Source: an uncultured virus (IMG/VR IMGVR_UViG_3300028392_000061)
Taxonomy: Duplodnaviria > Heunggongvirae > Uroviricota > Caudoviricetes
Length of the DNA: 20,000 bases
IMG/VR virus record: IMGVR_UViG_3300028392_000061
Reading direction: 5' to 3' (one strand)
Shown here: positions 8,255 to 17,226 of the stretch, piece by piece
Layout of the letters: each line of letters begins with the position of its first letter
Numbering within the stretch: position 1 is the stretch's first letter
Position numbers and translations under genes: made by a program
Notes under the pieces: model-generated
Database searches by the model: none
What the model was told of the DNA's origin: nothing
Seen by the model: the letters and a program-made list of their open reading frames with translations, nothing else

Positions 8255-9121
8255 TTCATTACCTCCTTCATTTTTCTTAATAGTCGCCTCATCAACTGTG
8301 ATAGGCGAAACCTTTTTTGTTTTATTTTGATCTGGATAAAGATTAATTGCTGAACTAGTATCAATTACACTATTTGGTGCTGCTGTTTCTAAAGCAGCAT
8401 GAGTTGAAGTTGGAGCATCATCTTTCTTAAAATAAGAATCAATTACTTTTTCAATTGCTTCAAACTTTTCTGAATCTGCTTGCTCAACCCAACCTACGTT
8501 TGTCATTTGATCTCCGCATACTGAGCAATTCTTTTGAATTTCAATAGATGTTGATGCAACTTCATCTTCTTTACACCAATAAACATTTTCTAATGTCATA
8601 CCCTTTGCCATCTTTTGAATAGAAAAGAAATTAGCAAGTGGATTTGCTGGTGAGTCTACTAGTGATAACTCGTGTAAATCGTAATTATGAATAACTCTAC
8701 GCTCTTCCGACCCGTCGTCTGCTTTTTCCATTTTTGCATCTATAATATTTCCACCAATTGAAAATCCTGAATAAGTTCCATCAAGAACTTTTTCCCATGC
8801 ATCTTGTGCACCCTTTGAAATGTATGCAGTTACGTAAACACCATTATATTTTTTACCAGTTCCCTTTTCATAAAAAGAGTCTTCCTTAAATTCAATCATT
8901 TTTCCTACAGCTGATGGCCCGTGCATTTCACGGATATTGCCTCTAAAGTTTTCAAAAGCATTTTTGCTTGCTTCAGATGTTACAATATCTCCGTGACGAT
9001 CTACGTTATCTAGGGATGCAAATCCAGAAACAGTCCTTTTTTCCTTGTTAACTTTCGCAATCGGAAAGGAAAGGGCCATTGATGATTCACTGTTTTGCCA
9101 ATAAGTTTTTTGTAGTTCCAT
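7745..9121 (-). CDS. Prohead maturation protease (HK97/S78-like) fused to an acidic coiled-coil scaffold
   Basis: RTVSGFAS..VDRHGDIV, IREMHG (His), YSGFSIGG (Ser), LHELSLVDSPANP. C-terminal third is Glu-rich and coiled-coil-like. Lies between portal and capsid. Confidence 0.9.
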   Translation of the reverse strand: MELQKTYWQNSESSMALSFPIAKVNKEKRTVSGFASLDNVDRHGDIVTSEASKNAFENFRGNIREMHGPSAVGKMIEFKEDSFYEKGTGKKYNGVYVTAYISKGAQDAWEKVLDGTYSGFSIGGNIIDAKMEKADDGSEERRVIHNYDLHELSLVDSPANPLANFFSIQKMAKGMTLENVYWCKEDEVASTSIEIQKNCSVCGDQMTNVGWVEQADSEKFEAIEKVIDSYFKKDDAPTSTHAALETAAPNSVIDTSSAINLYPDQNKTKKVSPITVDEATIKKNEGGNEMTEETNAEVATEVTEVEIPVVEEVTEVIEAPAVDAGEAIEKAVAISEVEDTLDFTKMVTDLKTFFNDSIEKNYATHAATVQDVYRIVEETRAEMSKAIDDIKAKNEEINKSITEMYGKIEYVDNKLNGFESATAVKKSSDLNGSLEQENIQKSIWQGHFLGVNSLTKNL

Positions 9122-9132
9122 ATGTAATTTAA

Positions 9133-9141
9133 ATAATAGCA
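9133..9141 (-). promoter_or_regulatory. Putative extended -10 promoter (TGCTATTAT), very short leader
   Basis: 11 nt upstream of ATG 9121; no SD in between. Confidence 0.5.
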
Positions 9142-9175
9142 GGATTTATAATTAACTCATAATTTACAGAGGTTA

Positions 9176-10762
9176 TTATTTTACTTTTCTACCTTCACCT
9201 TGTGCATTTCTGCCACCCCCAGATTTATCTGGTGCATTTAAATTTCTTTGAGTATCACGTTCTCTATTACCATCCATCCTTGCGTCTGCTGCCTGTTGTG
9301 GTTTTAGATCTAGAGGCTCGTCTCCGCCTTCAATTGGAGCCAAGCCTTTTCGTGAACGGACTTCATTTGGAAGAATTACCTTATCTTTGAGATAAGTATC
9401 ATCAATTCTTGCCATTGTTTCTTCATCTGTAAGAGACAACTCTTCAAATCTAAGAATAAATGCGTCTGTAAATTCAGCTAAAATTTTGTTAAGTTTATAT
9501 TCAAGCTCTTCTTGCATTGGGCGACATACCTGCTCTTTAAATGTCTTATCCGCATCTTTAGCGTTTGCTAGTGATACTCCTGCAGGCATACCAATCTTAC
9601 TAATAGGGACTCTATGAGCAATAAGAATGCGATCTCTGTTTTCTATAGCGTAATTATTAAATGAAGAATCTTGAACTCCCGCCTCAACTGGATCCATCTT
9701 AAATTCAACACGACCATTTTCACCATCTGATGGAAGCGGGATATAAAGTGTTCTGTGATTACGGCCTTTAAGTCCTGTTTGAAAAAATTCAAGCAGCTTA
9801 CGCTCAGAATCTGCAGTTAACTTAGCACCCTTAACTGTAATAATATAACGTGGAACAGCTTTGTTTTCAAAATAATCTAGATTAAATCTTTGTGCAAATT
9901 CATCTCCAGCTACCGCATTCTTTGCTGATAGAATATCTGGAACTCCATAATATGTATTTGATGGAGTAAACTTTTTAAAGTGAATAACTTCGTTTGGCTG
10001 TGGGTCTGTTCCAATTTGATCTGGAGTTTCTGTATCTCCAAAATTTCTAAAGAAGGTGTAGCGATTATAAACAACTTGCACAAAGCCATCACGGTGACGA
10101 CGAATACGCATAGTTGTTGTAGGAATATGACCTAAATAACCAATTTTTCCTGTAGCTGTACGACCAACTTCAAGATAAGCATTTCCTGTTGACTCTAGGT
10201 CTGTGTAAACTTTTTTCATATTTTCTGTAAAAGAATCATCTGAATTTAATGACTCTAAGTAGTCACGAAGTTCAACTTTTGCAGCTTCAATTTTAGTGCG
10301 AAGTCTATCTAGCTTTTTTGGTTCATCAATTACATCTTGTACTTTTTGAGTAACTTTGTATGTTTCTTCAAATTTATATCCTAGCCCAATTACGTTAGCA
10401 ACTTTAGCATTAACTGCTGAGTGATGATACGGAGATACGTCATAAAGTTGTGACAAATAAAGCATATTAAATGGCGGCTGAACAATTTGAAATAATGAAT
10501 AGCCTGTAAGATCAAGTGGATCAAGCTTCTTTGATTTAGCATCATCTACGCCAGTAAATGACTTTTCAAGTCTATTTGCATTACGGCGAATATTTGGATT
10601 TAAGCCATCCATTTTTTTAATATCATCCCAAGATTTAGCAAATGGATCTTCAAATGCTTCTGATGTATTGCCACCAAAGCCAAAATCTAGATTTGATCTA
10701 ACTTGTACTTCATTATCTTCATTATCTTCGTTATCGTCCATGATTGTTACATTGTGTTCCAT
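9176..10762 (-). CDS. Portal protein
   Basis: 528 aa. DLESTGNAYLEV, NEVIHFK, YYGVPDI, YFENKAVP, ILIAHRVP, NEVRSRKGLAPIEGGD are portal motifs of the HK97/PBSX type. Confidence 0.93.
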   Translation of the reverse strand: MEHNVTIMDDNEDNEDNEVQVRSNLDFGFGGNTSEAFEDPFAKSWDDIKKMDGLNPNIRRNANRLEKSFTGVDDAKSKKLDPLDLTGYSLFQIVQPPFNMLYLSQLYDVSPYHHSAVNAKVANVIGLGYKFEETYKVTQKVQDVIDEPKKLDRLRTKIEAAKVELRDYLESLNSDDSFTENMKKVYTDLESTGNAYLEVGRTATGKIGYLGHIPTTTMRIRRHRDGFVQVVYNRYTFFRNFGDTETPDQIGTDPQPNEVIHFKKFTPSNTYYGVPDILSAKNAVAGDEFAQRFNLDYFENKAVPRYIITVKGAKLTADSERKLLEFFQTGLKGRNHRTLYIPLPSDGENGRVEFKMDPVEAGVQDSSFNNYAIENRDRILIAHRVPISKIGMPAGVSLANAKDADKTFKEQVCRPMQEELEYKLNKILAEFTDAFILRFEELSLTDEETMARIDDTYLKDKVILPNEVRSRKGLAPIEGGDEPLDLKPQQAADARMDGNRERDTQRNLNAPDKSGGGRNAQGEGRKVK

Positions 10763-11100
10763 TATCCTAGTTTCATCTCCCGCATTTCTTTAACATATTC
10801 CATCATTGCAGGCATGTCCTGTGTATCTGGAATTAACCCCATATTTGATCTTGTCTTTTGTTCTTCAAGTTCATCGTCTGTTACTGTTCTATGCCCTGCA
10901 AAAAAGATAGGCTTACCTTCTGAAAGTCCATAATGCTTAGCTACTTCTTTAAGCTTTTTAATTTGTTTAATATCACCTTTAAGTGACGGGACACAGAGAT
11001 ATCCGCCTTCATCGTCCATTACTAAGGATTCATCTTCCATCTGCCACATATATAATCCCCAGTTGACTTCTTCTACGGGGGTAATCTTCATTTTTCCCAT
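10762..11100 (-). CDS. Hypothetical protein coupled to the portal gene
   Basis: 112 aa with a TAATG overlap into the portal; preceded by a -10 box 6 nt upstream. Confidence 0.7.
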   Translation of the reverse strand: MGKMKITPVEEVNWGLYMWQMEDESLVMDDEGGYLCVPSLKGDIKQIKKLKEVAKHYGLSEGKPIFFAGHRTVTDDELEEQKTRSNMGLIPDTQDMPAMMEYVKEMREMKLG

Positions 11101-11106
11101 ATCGCT

Positions 11107-11115
11107 ATAATACCA
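11107..11115 (-). promoter_or_regulatory. Putative leaderless promoter (TGGTATTAT-N6-ATG)
   Basis: Extended -10 six nt before ATG 11100; no SD. Confidence 0.6.
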
Positions 11116-11160
11116 TTCTGTTTAGCTAAAGCGTAATAAATGTAATGCTGACTGCCATTT

Positions 11161-13128
11161 TTAATATGTATGATCATGTGAAATGACAGCAAGACCGCCA
11201 TTTAAACTTGTTGCAGCTGATCCAAAGTATTCTAAAATGCTTCCAAGCGTAGTAGCGCTATCATAAACAATAGATGTTTTAGTTGCTAAATAAGAAAGAT
11301 ATCTTGTTTGAACATCAGTTGCAGATAAAGCATCTGGGAACATTGTAAAAAATCCATACATTGCTTGTGGGGAAGGAGTAGCCCCATCTGTGCTTCCATT
11401 AATGTATATTGGATTTGTTGTTGATGTATTATAAACAACTGTTACAAAATATGTTGCTCCAGGAACAATCGTGTAAGAACTGGTTGTTTGAGGCACACCA
11501 TTAATATATAAAGTTCCACCTGATCCCAGATTATTTGTTAAAATATTTGTTCCGCTTGCAATTGATAAATCTACGCCTGCTACTGTTGCTGTATCTAGGA
11601 TAGCTGCTGTATTTGCTGTAGTTCCAGCGTATTTAAACCAAAATTCTATTGTTTTATATGTTGTATTATTAGGAGATGTTATAACTGCAGCTCCTGGATA
11701 TCCCGTCCCTGGTGTTTGATTTACAAAGTTTATACCTAAATTCTTTTCACGTTCAATTAATTTTAAGTCATGCTCTCTAATCATATAAGTCTTGCTAGAA
11801 ACTGGTGAAAGAATAAAGCCACCTGAATCAGCAGATATATTTAAACTTTTTAAAAGTTTAATTGAAAGATTATCTAGTCTTGGTTGATTATCTAATGATG
11901 TGTCTGATGAATATATTTCTACTTTTATTAAAAGGCTTGCCGATGGATTGTTTATAGAATTTGCAATAAAAAATGGGACTAATTCATTACTATAAACTTG
12001 ATACCATGTTGTTCCATTATCATAAGATGAATATACTTTAACATTTTTACCATTTATTATTGAAGAAAATGAACTTGCTGTATCCCAATAAATACTAATT
12101 CCTGCAAAATCTATATTTTGAGCTATTGAAAAATTATAAATCCAAGTTCCAGTTACAGATTGAGCAGTAGTTGTTTGTTGCATTGTAATACCAGATCTAT
12201 CAGGAATAAGGTTTGAAAATGCACCTTGATTATAATCATCTGATGATACAAATTGTTTTTCTAAATGAATCATATCTTTTCTAAGTTTAATATCAAAATG
12301 ATAAGCAGCTCCTTGTTGTGCAAAATGATCTGGTCCAGAATCTTTATCTGCCCAAAGCATATGATTTTTTATTTCTTGCACTGAAAGGTTGTGTGTATAA
12401 AATGCAAGATCATTTATAACAAAAGATTTACCTGCTGGAGCTGGCCCTACTTTGTATTTTACATATTCATTTATAACCATTGTAAATTTATCATCTGTTG
12501 GAATAGTAGTAGATTCATCGCATATACCGTTTACATAGATTTCTATTTTTCTTTCATTATAAGAAAGATATAAATGAATTTTTTTATCCCATGAAAATAT
12601 ACGTTTTTTTGTTGTATATGATCCGTTATTAGTATTTATTGTAAAATAAATAGAATCGTTTTGAGCATATGCCTCTACTATTATTGTTGAACCACTAACT
12701 ACACTAAGAAGGTTTGTTTTTATGTTGGGGGCTTCATTAAATAATAACCAAAGTTCTGCTCCAAAAATCCCGCTTTCATAATTTTTGTCAAAAAAACTAT
12801 AAGTATCAAAAATGCTTATAATAGAATTATCATTTAATTTACAACCATTTTTTGCAGTATCACTAAACAATCTAGAATTTAAAGTAAGAATATCTAAAAA
12901 TGTAGGAAGCTGGGAACCAAAAGAAACAGCAGCGTGATTTTTATTTACAGATACATCTTCAAAGGTAATAGAACCAGATGTATAAGCATAGCTATCTTCA
13001 GAGTTAAGCCATTTTTGATATGAGTTATACTGTTCCAATATGGAGGCATAAGTACGCATAGTAGATGTTCCTGTTAAAGGCCAATAGGCTACAGGATCAT
13101 CTCTAAGTACTACTTGTTGATATGACAT
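11161..13128 (-). CDS. LamG/concanavalin A-like domain virion protein
   Basis: 655 aa. MSYQQVVLRDDPVAYWPL, IEIYVNG, INDLAFYTHNLS, TIEFWFK, LYINGV indicate two LamG-like lobes. Confidence 0.75.
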   Translation of the reverse strand: MSYQQVVLRDDPVAYWPLTGTSTMRTYASILEQYNSYQKWLNSEDSYAYTSGSITFEDVSVNKNHAAVSFGSQLPTFLDILTLNSRLFSDTAKNGCKLNDNSIISIFDTYSFFDKNYESGIFGAELWLLFNEAPNIKTNLLSVVSGSTIIVEAYAQNDSIYFTINTNNGSYTTKKRIFSWDKKIHLYLSYNERKIEIYVNGICDESTTIPTDDKFTMVINEYVKYKVGPAPAGKSFVINDLAFYTHNLSVQEIKNHMLWADKDSGPDHFAQQGAAYHFDIKLRKDMIHLEKQFVSSDDYNQGAFSNLIPDRSGITMQQTTTAQSVTGTWIYNFSIAQNIDFAGISIYWDTASSFSSIINGKNVKVYSSYDNGTTWYQVYSNELVPFFIANSINNPSASLLIKVEIYSSDTSLDNQPRLDNLSIKLLKSLNISADSGGFILSPVSSKTYMIREHDLKLIEREKNLGINFVNQTPGTGYPGAAVITSPNNTTYKTIEFWFKYAGTTANTAAILDTATVAGVDLSIASGTNILTNNLGSGGTLYINGVPQTTSSYTIVPGATYFVTVVYNTSTTNPIYINGSTDGATPSPQAMYGFFTMFPDALSATDVQTRYLSYLATKTSIVYDSATTLGSILEYFGSAATSLNGGLAVISHDHTY

Positions 13129-13135
13129 ATTAACT

Positions 13136-13141
13136 ATTATA
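13136..13141 (-). promoter_or_regulatory. Putative leaderless promoter (TATAAT-N7-ATG)
   Basis: AGGTATAAT-AGTTAAT-ATG before 13128. Confidence 0.6.
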
Positions 13142-13177
13142 CCTTTAAACTAGGATTATCTATAAATGTAGATTTTT

Positions 13178-15433
13178 TTATTTGCTTTCTAGCTTATCTA
13201 ACTTTTCTGATAATTCCTGTATTGCTTTAACCAAGATTGGGATTAGCCGACCCTGTGTTGCTTCTAATTTGTCAGGATTTGCTCTCATTGTTAATTGCAA
13301 ATATTCTGCCGCATCAAATGAATCTTCGGCTTCCATTATTTCTTGTGCTATAAAACCAGTATCTTTAATGCCTATTTTACCGCCATCCCGCATATTCCAA
13401 TCAAATGTAACTGGATTTAATTTATTAACAAAGTTAAGACCAAGTTGAAGTGGGGTAATATTTTCCTTATCTCTCGCATCAGATAGAGATGTAATAGATG
13501 TAACCTGTGCACGGATAGCTGATATAGACGAGTTACCCAATGTAATTTCATTGGAGACTGTGGCGCTTGAAGGTTGTCCGTTAAGAATTATGTTATTAGA
13601 ACCTGTTGTTAGTGTTGTTCCCGCTAGATTACCAATACCAACATTTGCTGCACCAGTAACGCTTTGTAATGCTTGATAACCTAATGCGGTATTCTGTGAA
13701 CCGCCCGTACTTAAACCTATTGCACCATATCCAACGCTTGTGTTGTAATTTCCTGTATTTTTATTAAGTGAATTAAGTCCAAGCGCAGTATTGTTAAATG
13801 GTTGGTTATTAGTGGCGACTGATACTGGAACTTGAAACCCTGAACCGCCAGCACCAAGAGTTGCAGAAGAAGCAGAAAAGATTGTAGTTGTATCTGCGCC
13901 AGCACCTTGTGTTGTAATTGTTACAGTTGTTACTGCTCCGCCCGATACCACAATAGTTGCTTTAGGATAATAAAGCATTGCCGTACCTGATACAAGAGTC
14001 AAAGTAACATTCGTATAAGTTCCATCTGTATAACCACTACCACCAGTAATTGAACCTAATGTAATGGTTGTAACTGCGTTGAACTGTAAACTCGCATTAC
14101 CTACGGCAGTATTACCAAATCCATAGTTGTATTGCATCGCTGTACTACCAATAGCAATATTGCTTGTAATGCCGTAATTGTTTTGAAGTGCTTGATAACC
14201 AATAGCAAGATTGCTGTTATTATTTCCGCCACCATAATTTTGCAATGCTTGATAACCAATTCCAACAGAGTTGTAATTTGTAAAGTTACCATTTAAACTC
14301 TGTAACGCCTGATAGCCAATAGCAACGTTTTGATAATTACCATTGGAACTCTGTAGCGCAAGATAGCCAAGTGCGGTATTTGTTCCACCGCTACCGCTAT
14401 AACCTTGACCTACAGTTAAGCCTTGAACAGTTAATCCGTTGTTAAAAATATTATTGTTTGTAAAAGTATTTGCAGATGTAAGAAGTGATGTATTGTTTGC
14501 ACCCTGAATACCTTGTATTCCTTGTGAACCAGTAGTTCCTTGTGCGCCTGAACCAGTTGTTCCTTGAATACCAAGAAATCCTTGCAAACCAGTTGTTCCT
14601 TGTGAACCTGTTATTCCTTGTGAACCGATAGTGCCTTGATTACCGACTGCGCCCTGTATACCTGTAGTTCCTTGTGAACCAGTTGTGCCTTGTAATCCTT
14701 GTGCGCCAGTAGTGCCTTGATTACCTAATAGTCCTTGAATACCTGTAATACCCTGTGAGCCAGTAGTACCTTGTATTCCCTGATTACCGATTGTTCCTTG
14801 AGTTCCTGTCGTGCCTTGTATTCCAGTTAATCCTTGTACGCCAATTACTCCTTGAGTTCCTTGTGTGCCAGTATTACCTTGAATACCTTGGGTGCCTTGA
14901 GTTCCCGTGGCTCCCTGTATACCTGTGGTTCCTTGAGTACCTGAACCAGTTGTTCCTTGAATACCGATTAAACCCTGACTGCCTGTTACTCCTTGTGTTC
15001 CCGCGCCTTGAATACCTTGCGTACCTTGTAATTGATTGTATCCGCCGCCTTGTAAACCTTGAGAGCCTTGAATTCCTTGTGCGGCAAATAATCCATTAAG
15101 TCCTTGAATACCCTGAGTTCCTTGTACGCCATCTCTACCGATATATCCAGCAGTACCTTGTATACCTTGTAATTGATTGTATCCGCCGCCTTGTAAACCT
15201 TGAGAGCCTTGAATTCCTTGTGCGGCAAATAATCCATTAAGTCCTTGAATACCCTGAGTTCCTTGTACGCCTTGATTGCCTTGAATTCCTTGTCTACCCT
15301 GTATACCTTGGGGACCAGCATTAGTACTTAAATATGCGTCAAGATCATATGCCAAGTACTGTAAATCTCTTGGAACATCTGGAGTATCTGTATATTGCGG
15401 GTATCTAAAACCCTTAGTGGATTGTAGGCTCAT
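13178..15433 (-). CDS. Collagen-like tail fibre with beta-helix repeats and C-terminal S74 intramolecular chaperone
   Basis: N-terminal GFRYPQYTDTPDVPRDLQYLA, long G-X-Q/G-X-T repeats, NxAxGYQAL repeats, then SDARDKENI...LNPVTFDW...GFIAQE...LIPILVKAIQEL (peptidase S74-type). Confidence 0.88.
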   Translation of the reverse strand: MSLQSTKGFRYPQYTDTPDVPRDLQYLAYDLDAYLSTNAGPQGIQGRQGIQGNQGVQGTQGIQGLNGLFAAQGIQGSQGLQGGGYNQLQGIQGTAGYIGRDGVQGTQGIQGLNGLFAAQGIQGSQGLQGGGYNQLQGTQGIQGAGTQGVTGSQGLIGIQGTTGSGTQGTTGIQGATGTQGTQGIQGNTGTQGTQGVIGVQGLTGIQGTTGTQGTIGNQGIQGTTGSQGITGIQGLLGNQGTTGAQGLQGTTGSQGTTGIQGAVGNQGTIGSQGITGSQGTTGLQGFLGIQGTTGSGAQGTTGSQGIQGIQGANNTSLLTSANTFTNNNIFNNGLTVQGLTVGQGYSGSGGTNTALGYLALQSSNGNYQNVAIGYQALQSLNGNFTNYNSVGIGYQALQNYGGGNNNSNLAIGYQALQNNYGITSNIAIGSTAMQYNYGFGNTAVGNASLQFNAVTTITLGSITGGSGYTDGTYTNVTLTLVSGTAMLYYPKATIVVSGGAVTTVTITTQGAGADTTTIFSASSATLGAGGSGFQVPVSVATNNQPFNNTALGLNSLNKNTGNYNTSVGYGAIGLSTGGSQNTALGYQALQSVTGAANVGIGNLAGTTLTTGSNNIILNGQPSSATVSNEITLGNSSISAIRAQVTSITSLSDARDKENITPLQLGLNFVNKLNPVTFDWNMRDGGKIGIKDTGFIAQEIMEAEDSFDAAEYLQLTMRANPDKLEATQGRLIPILVKAIQELSEKLDKLESK
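15022..15271. repeat. Two identical 109-bp direct repeats (15022-15130, 15163-15271)
   Basis: Read directly from the sequence. Period 141 nt; encodes GVQGTQGIQGLNGLFAAQGIQGSQGLQGGGYNQLQG twice. Confidence 0.9.
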
Positions 15434-15441
15434 ATGCTACA

Positions 15442-15450
15442 AGTATATCA
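15442..15450 (-). promoter_or_regulatory. Putative leaderless promoter (TGATATACT-N8-ATG) with TTGCAT -35
   Basis: Extended -10 eight nt before ATG 15433; TTGCAT 16 nt upstream of the hexamer. Confidence 0.55.
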
Positions 15451-15480
15451 AACTAATCAAAAAATGCAATTATTTGACTC

Positions 15481-16035
15481 CTAAATTTTTTCTAAATTAT
15501 ATTTAATTGATGATTTATAATGCTCGGGAATGTTTTCTTTCATTAATTTTTCAAATATATGCTTGGATTCATCTTTTCTACCCAGCCACCAAGCTGAGAC
15601 TGCTTTTTGAAAATATAAACAATAAGATCCATAATACTCAACATCTATTGGCAAGGGCTCCATCTTTGATATATGAAGGAGTCCAATTTCTGCAAAAGTG
15701 TAGCATTGCTGCCATTTTTGTAATCTTTCATAATTTCTAGAAAGGACGTAATATGCTTCTGGTCTTGCAGGTATGTGTTGTATTGCTTGCAACAAAGCAT
15801 TTTCTACAGTATGCTCTCTTCCATTTTGATCAGCAACACAATAAGAAATTCTAATTAACGATGAATAAGTTAAAATTGGATTAGAATCAAAACCATATTC
15901 TGCAGATCTTAAATAAAATGACATTGCTGCTGCAGTTTGACCAATTTTTTCATATTCTTTTGCAATATTAAAATTATTTTGTGGATTAAACATATCATGA
16001 GATGCATTTTCAATTAATTTTTCAATTGTTTGCAT
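15481..16035 (-). CDS. TPR-repeat protein
   Basis: FNIAKEYEKIGQTAAAMSFYLRSA, AIQHIPARPEAYYVLSRNYE, AVSAWWLGRKDES. SD AGGAGG at 16045-16050; overlaps the upstream gene. Confidence 0.75.
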   Translation of the reverse strand: MQTIEKLIENASHDMFNPQNNFNIAKEYEKIGQTAAAMSFYLRSAEYGFDSNPILTYSSLIRISYCVADQNGREHTVENALLQAIQHIPARPEAYYVLSRNYERLQKWQQCYTFAEIGLLHISKMEPLPIDVEYYGSYCLYFQKAVSAWWLGRKDESKHIFEKLMKENIPEHYKSSIKYNLEKI

Positions 16036-17032
16036 GTTTTATTGCCTCCTGAATCATTTCTTCAACAATTATATTTGGAACTTTTAATATAAATGCGGCG
16101 TTATCAACAAATCCAAATGTTAATAATAAATCATCTCCTAATTTTGCTGCACCTGAACAAAATTCAATATCTGCATCTAAAAATGAAAAGTTTTCTGGAG
16201 ACAATCCAATTAAATTATAATCTTTATCCCATACGCAAAGTCTATGACGATATATGCCATTTTTTTGATTAAGATAGTTATTCCATAATAATACTTCATG
16301 TGGGACTGAAAGATAATAATTATTCCAGGGTATCATTTGAGACCCGCCCCTTTGATCCAATCCAACATTAAAAGTTTCTTTTAGAGAAACTTGTTCAATA
16401 TTTGGCGGGTTAGTAGGAAGAGCTTTTACAATTTCAGTAGGAGAAGTCCATTTAACAAAGTGGTATGGTTTATCTATAATAGGATACCAATTTTTTTCAC
16501 AATATGAACCATCATCTCCAGGTGCAGGAATTCTTATTCTTGATATTTCTTTTGCAGTCCATTTTTTCTTATTAAGTTTAATTTCAGAATATTCCATACG
16601 ACCTTGACCGTTTGTAGTAGTATCTCTACGAACTCCAATTAAATAATATTTTTTATTCCATTGAACAACACGGGCATCTTCTAATCCAACAAACTCCCAA
16701 AGCGGGGGAGAATCAAGAGCACTAGTATCTACTAAGCAATGATCAGTCATATTAAAATCTTTATCTAATCTACATAAATAATTATATGTTCTAAGATTCA
16801 TATCTTTTTCTGGATGCAAATATGCCAATGGTCCCCAACTTGAAGGAAACCTCATATTTTTTTCAGAATGATAAAGTGAATAATTAACATGTCTTAGATT
16901 AACAAGGATATCTCCATCATCATCTATAAAAACGGAGGGATTCATTAATCCCGTCCCTTTATTTGATCCTTCTTTTATAAGAATTGGCGCTAATTTACCA
17001 CCGTTTTCAACGGCTCTTTGAACTAGATTCAT
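16022..17032 (-). CDS. Five-bladed beta-propeller glycosidase/phosphorylase-like protein (GH130/GT108-like)
   Basis: Ordered motifs MNPSV, GLEDARV, EKNW.P, RGGSQ, HEV..YRHR, IEFCSG, LLTFGFVD are characteristic of the GH130-like (COG2152-type) propeller clan. Confidence 0.75.
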   Translation of the reverse strand: MNLVQRAVENGGKLAPILIKEGSNKGTGLMNPSVFIDDDGDILVNLRHVNYSLYHSEKNMRFPSSWGPLAYLHPEKDMNLRTYNYLCRLDKDFNMTDHCLVDTSALDSPPLWEFVGLEDARVVQWNKKYYLIGVRRDTTTNGQGRMEYSEIKLNKKKWTAKEISRIRIPAPGDDGSYCEKNWYPIIDKPYHFVKWTSPTEIVKALPTNPPNIEQVSLKETFNVGLDQRGGSQMIPWNNYYLSVPHEVLLWNNYLNQKNGIYRHRLCVWDKDYNLIGLSPENFSFLDADIEFCSGAAKLGDDLLLTFGFVDNAAFILKVPNIIVEEMIQEAIKHANN

Positions 17033-17038
17033 CTATTG

Positions 17039-17044
17039 ATTATA
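17039..17044 (-). promoter_or_regulatory. Putative leaderless promoter (TATAAT-N6-ATG)
   Basis: GGATATAAT-CAATAG-ATG before 17032. Confidence 0.6.
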
Positions 17045-17058
17045 TCCTATCGAACTAG

Positions 17059-17217
17059 TTATTGTAAAGTTTCATCAAGGTTTACTTGTGTAATCAAAGT
17101 ATAATCACCTTGACCGCAAATATTACACTTGGTAACAACCTGCTGATCTTCTGGATTGCGTACTTCAACATAGAAGTGATTACAGCAAATTGAGTTGTAT
17201 TCGTATTTGATAGCCAT
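17059..17217 (-). CDS. 52-aa zinc-ribbon (FmdB-like) protein, missed by the ORF track
   Basis: MAIKYEYNSICCNHFYVEVRNPEDQQVVTKCNICGQGDYTLITQVNLDETLQ*. SD AAGGA follows the upstream stop, and the ORF fills the gap. Confidence 0.75.
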   Translation of the reverse strand: MAIKYEYNSICCNHFYVEVRNPEDQQVVTKCNICGQGDYTLITQVNLDETLQ

Positions 17218-17226
17218 TGTTTTCCT

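Noticed and set aside
11121..11130. TTTAGCTAAA palindrome in the promoter spacer as an operator
   Set aside because: Short, AT-rich and not seen at the other promoters.
13158..13179. ATCTA-N6-TAGAT plus T-run as a terminator
   Set aside because: Weak AT-rich stem, and the T-run is on the non-transcribed orientation.
15022..15271. 109-bp repeat pair as a DGR template/variable repeat
   Set aside because: Copies are identical (no adenine-specific mismatches), both are coding, and there is no reverse transcriptase in the window.
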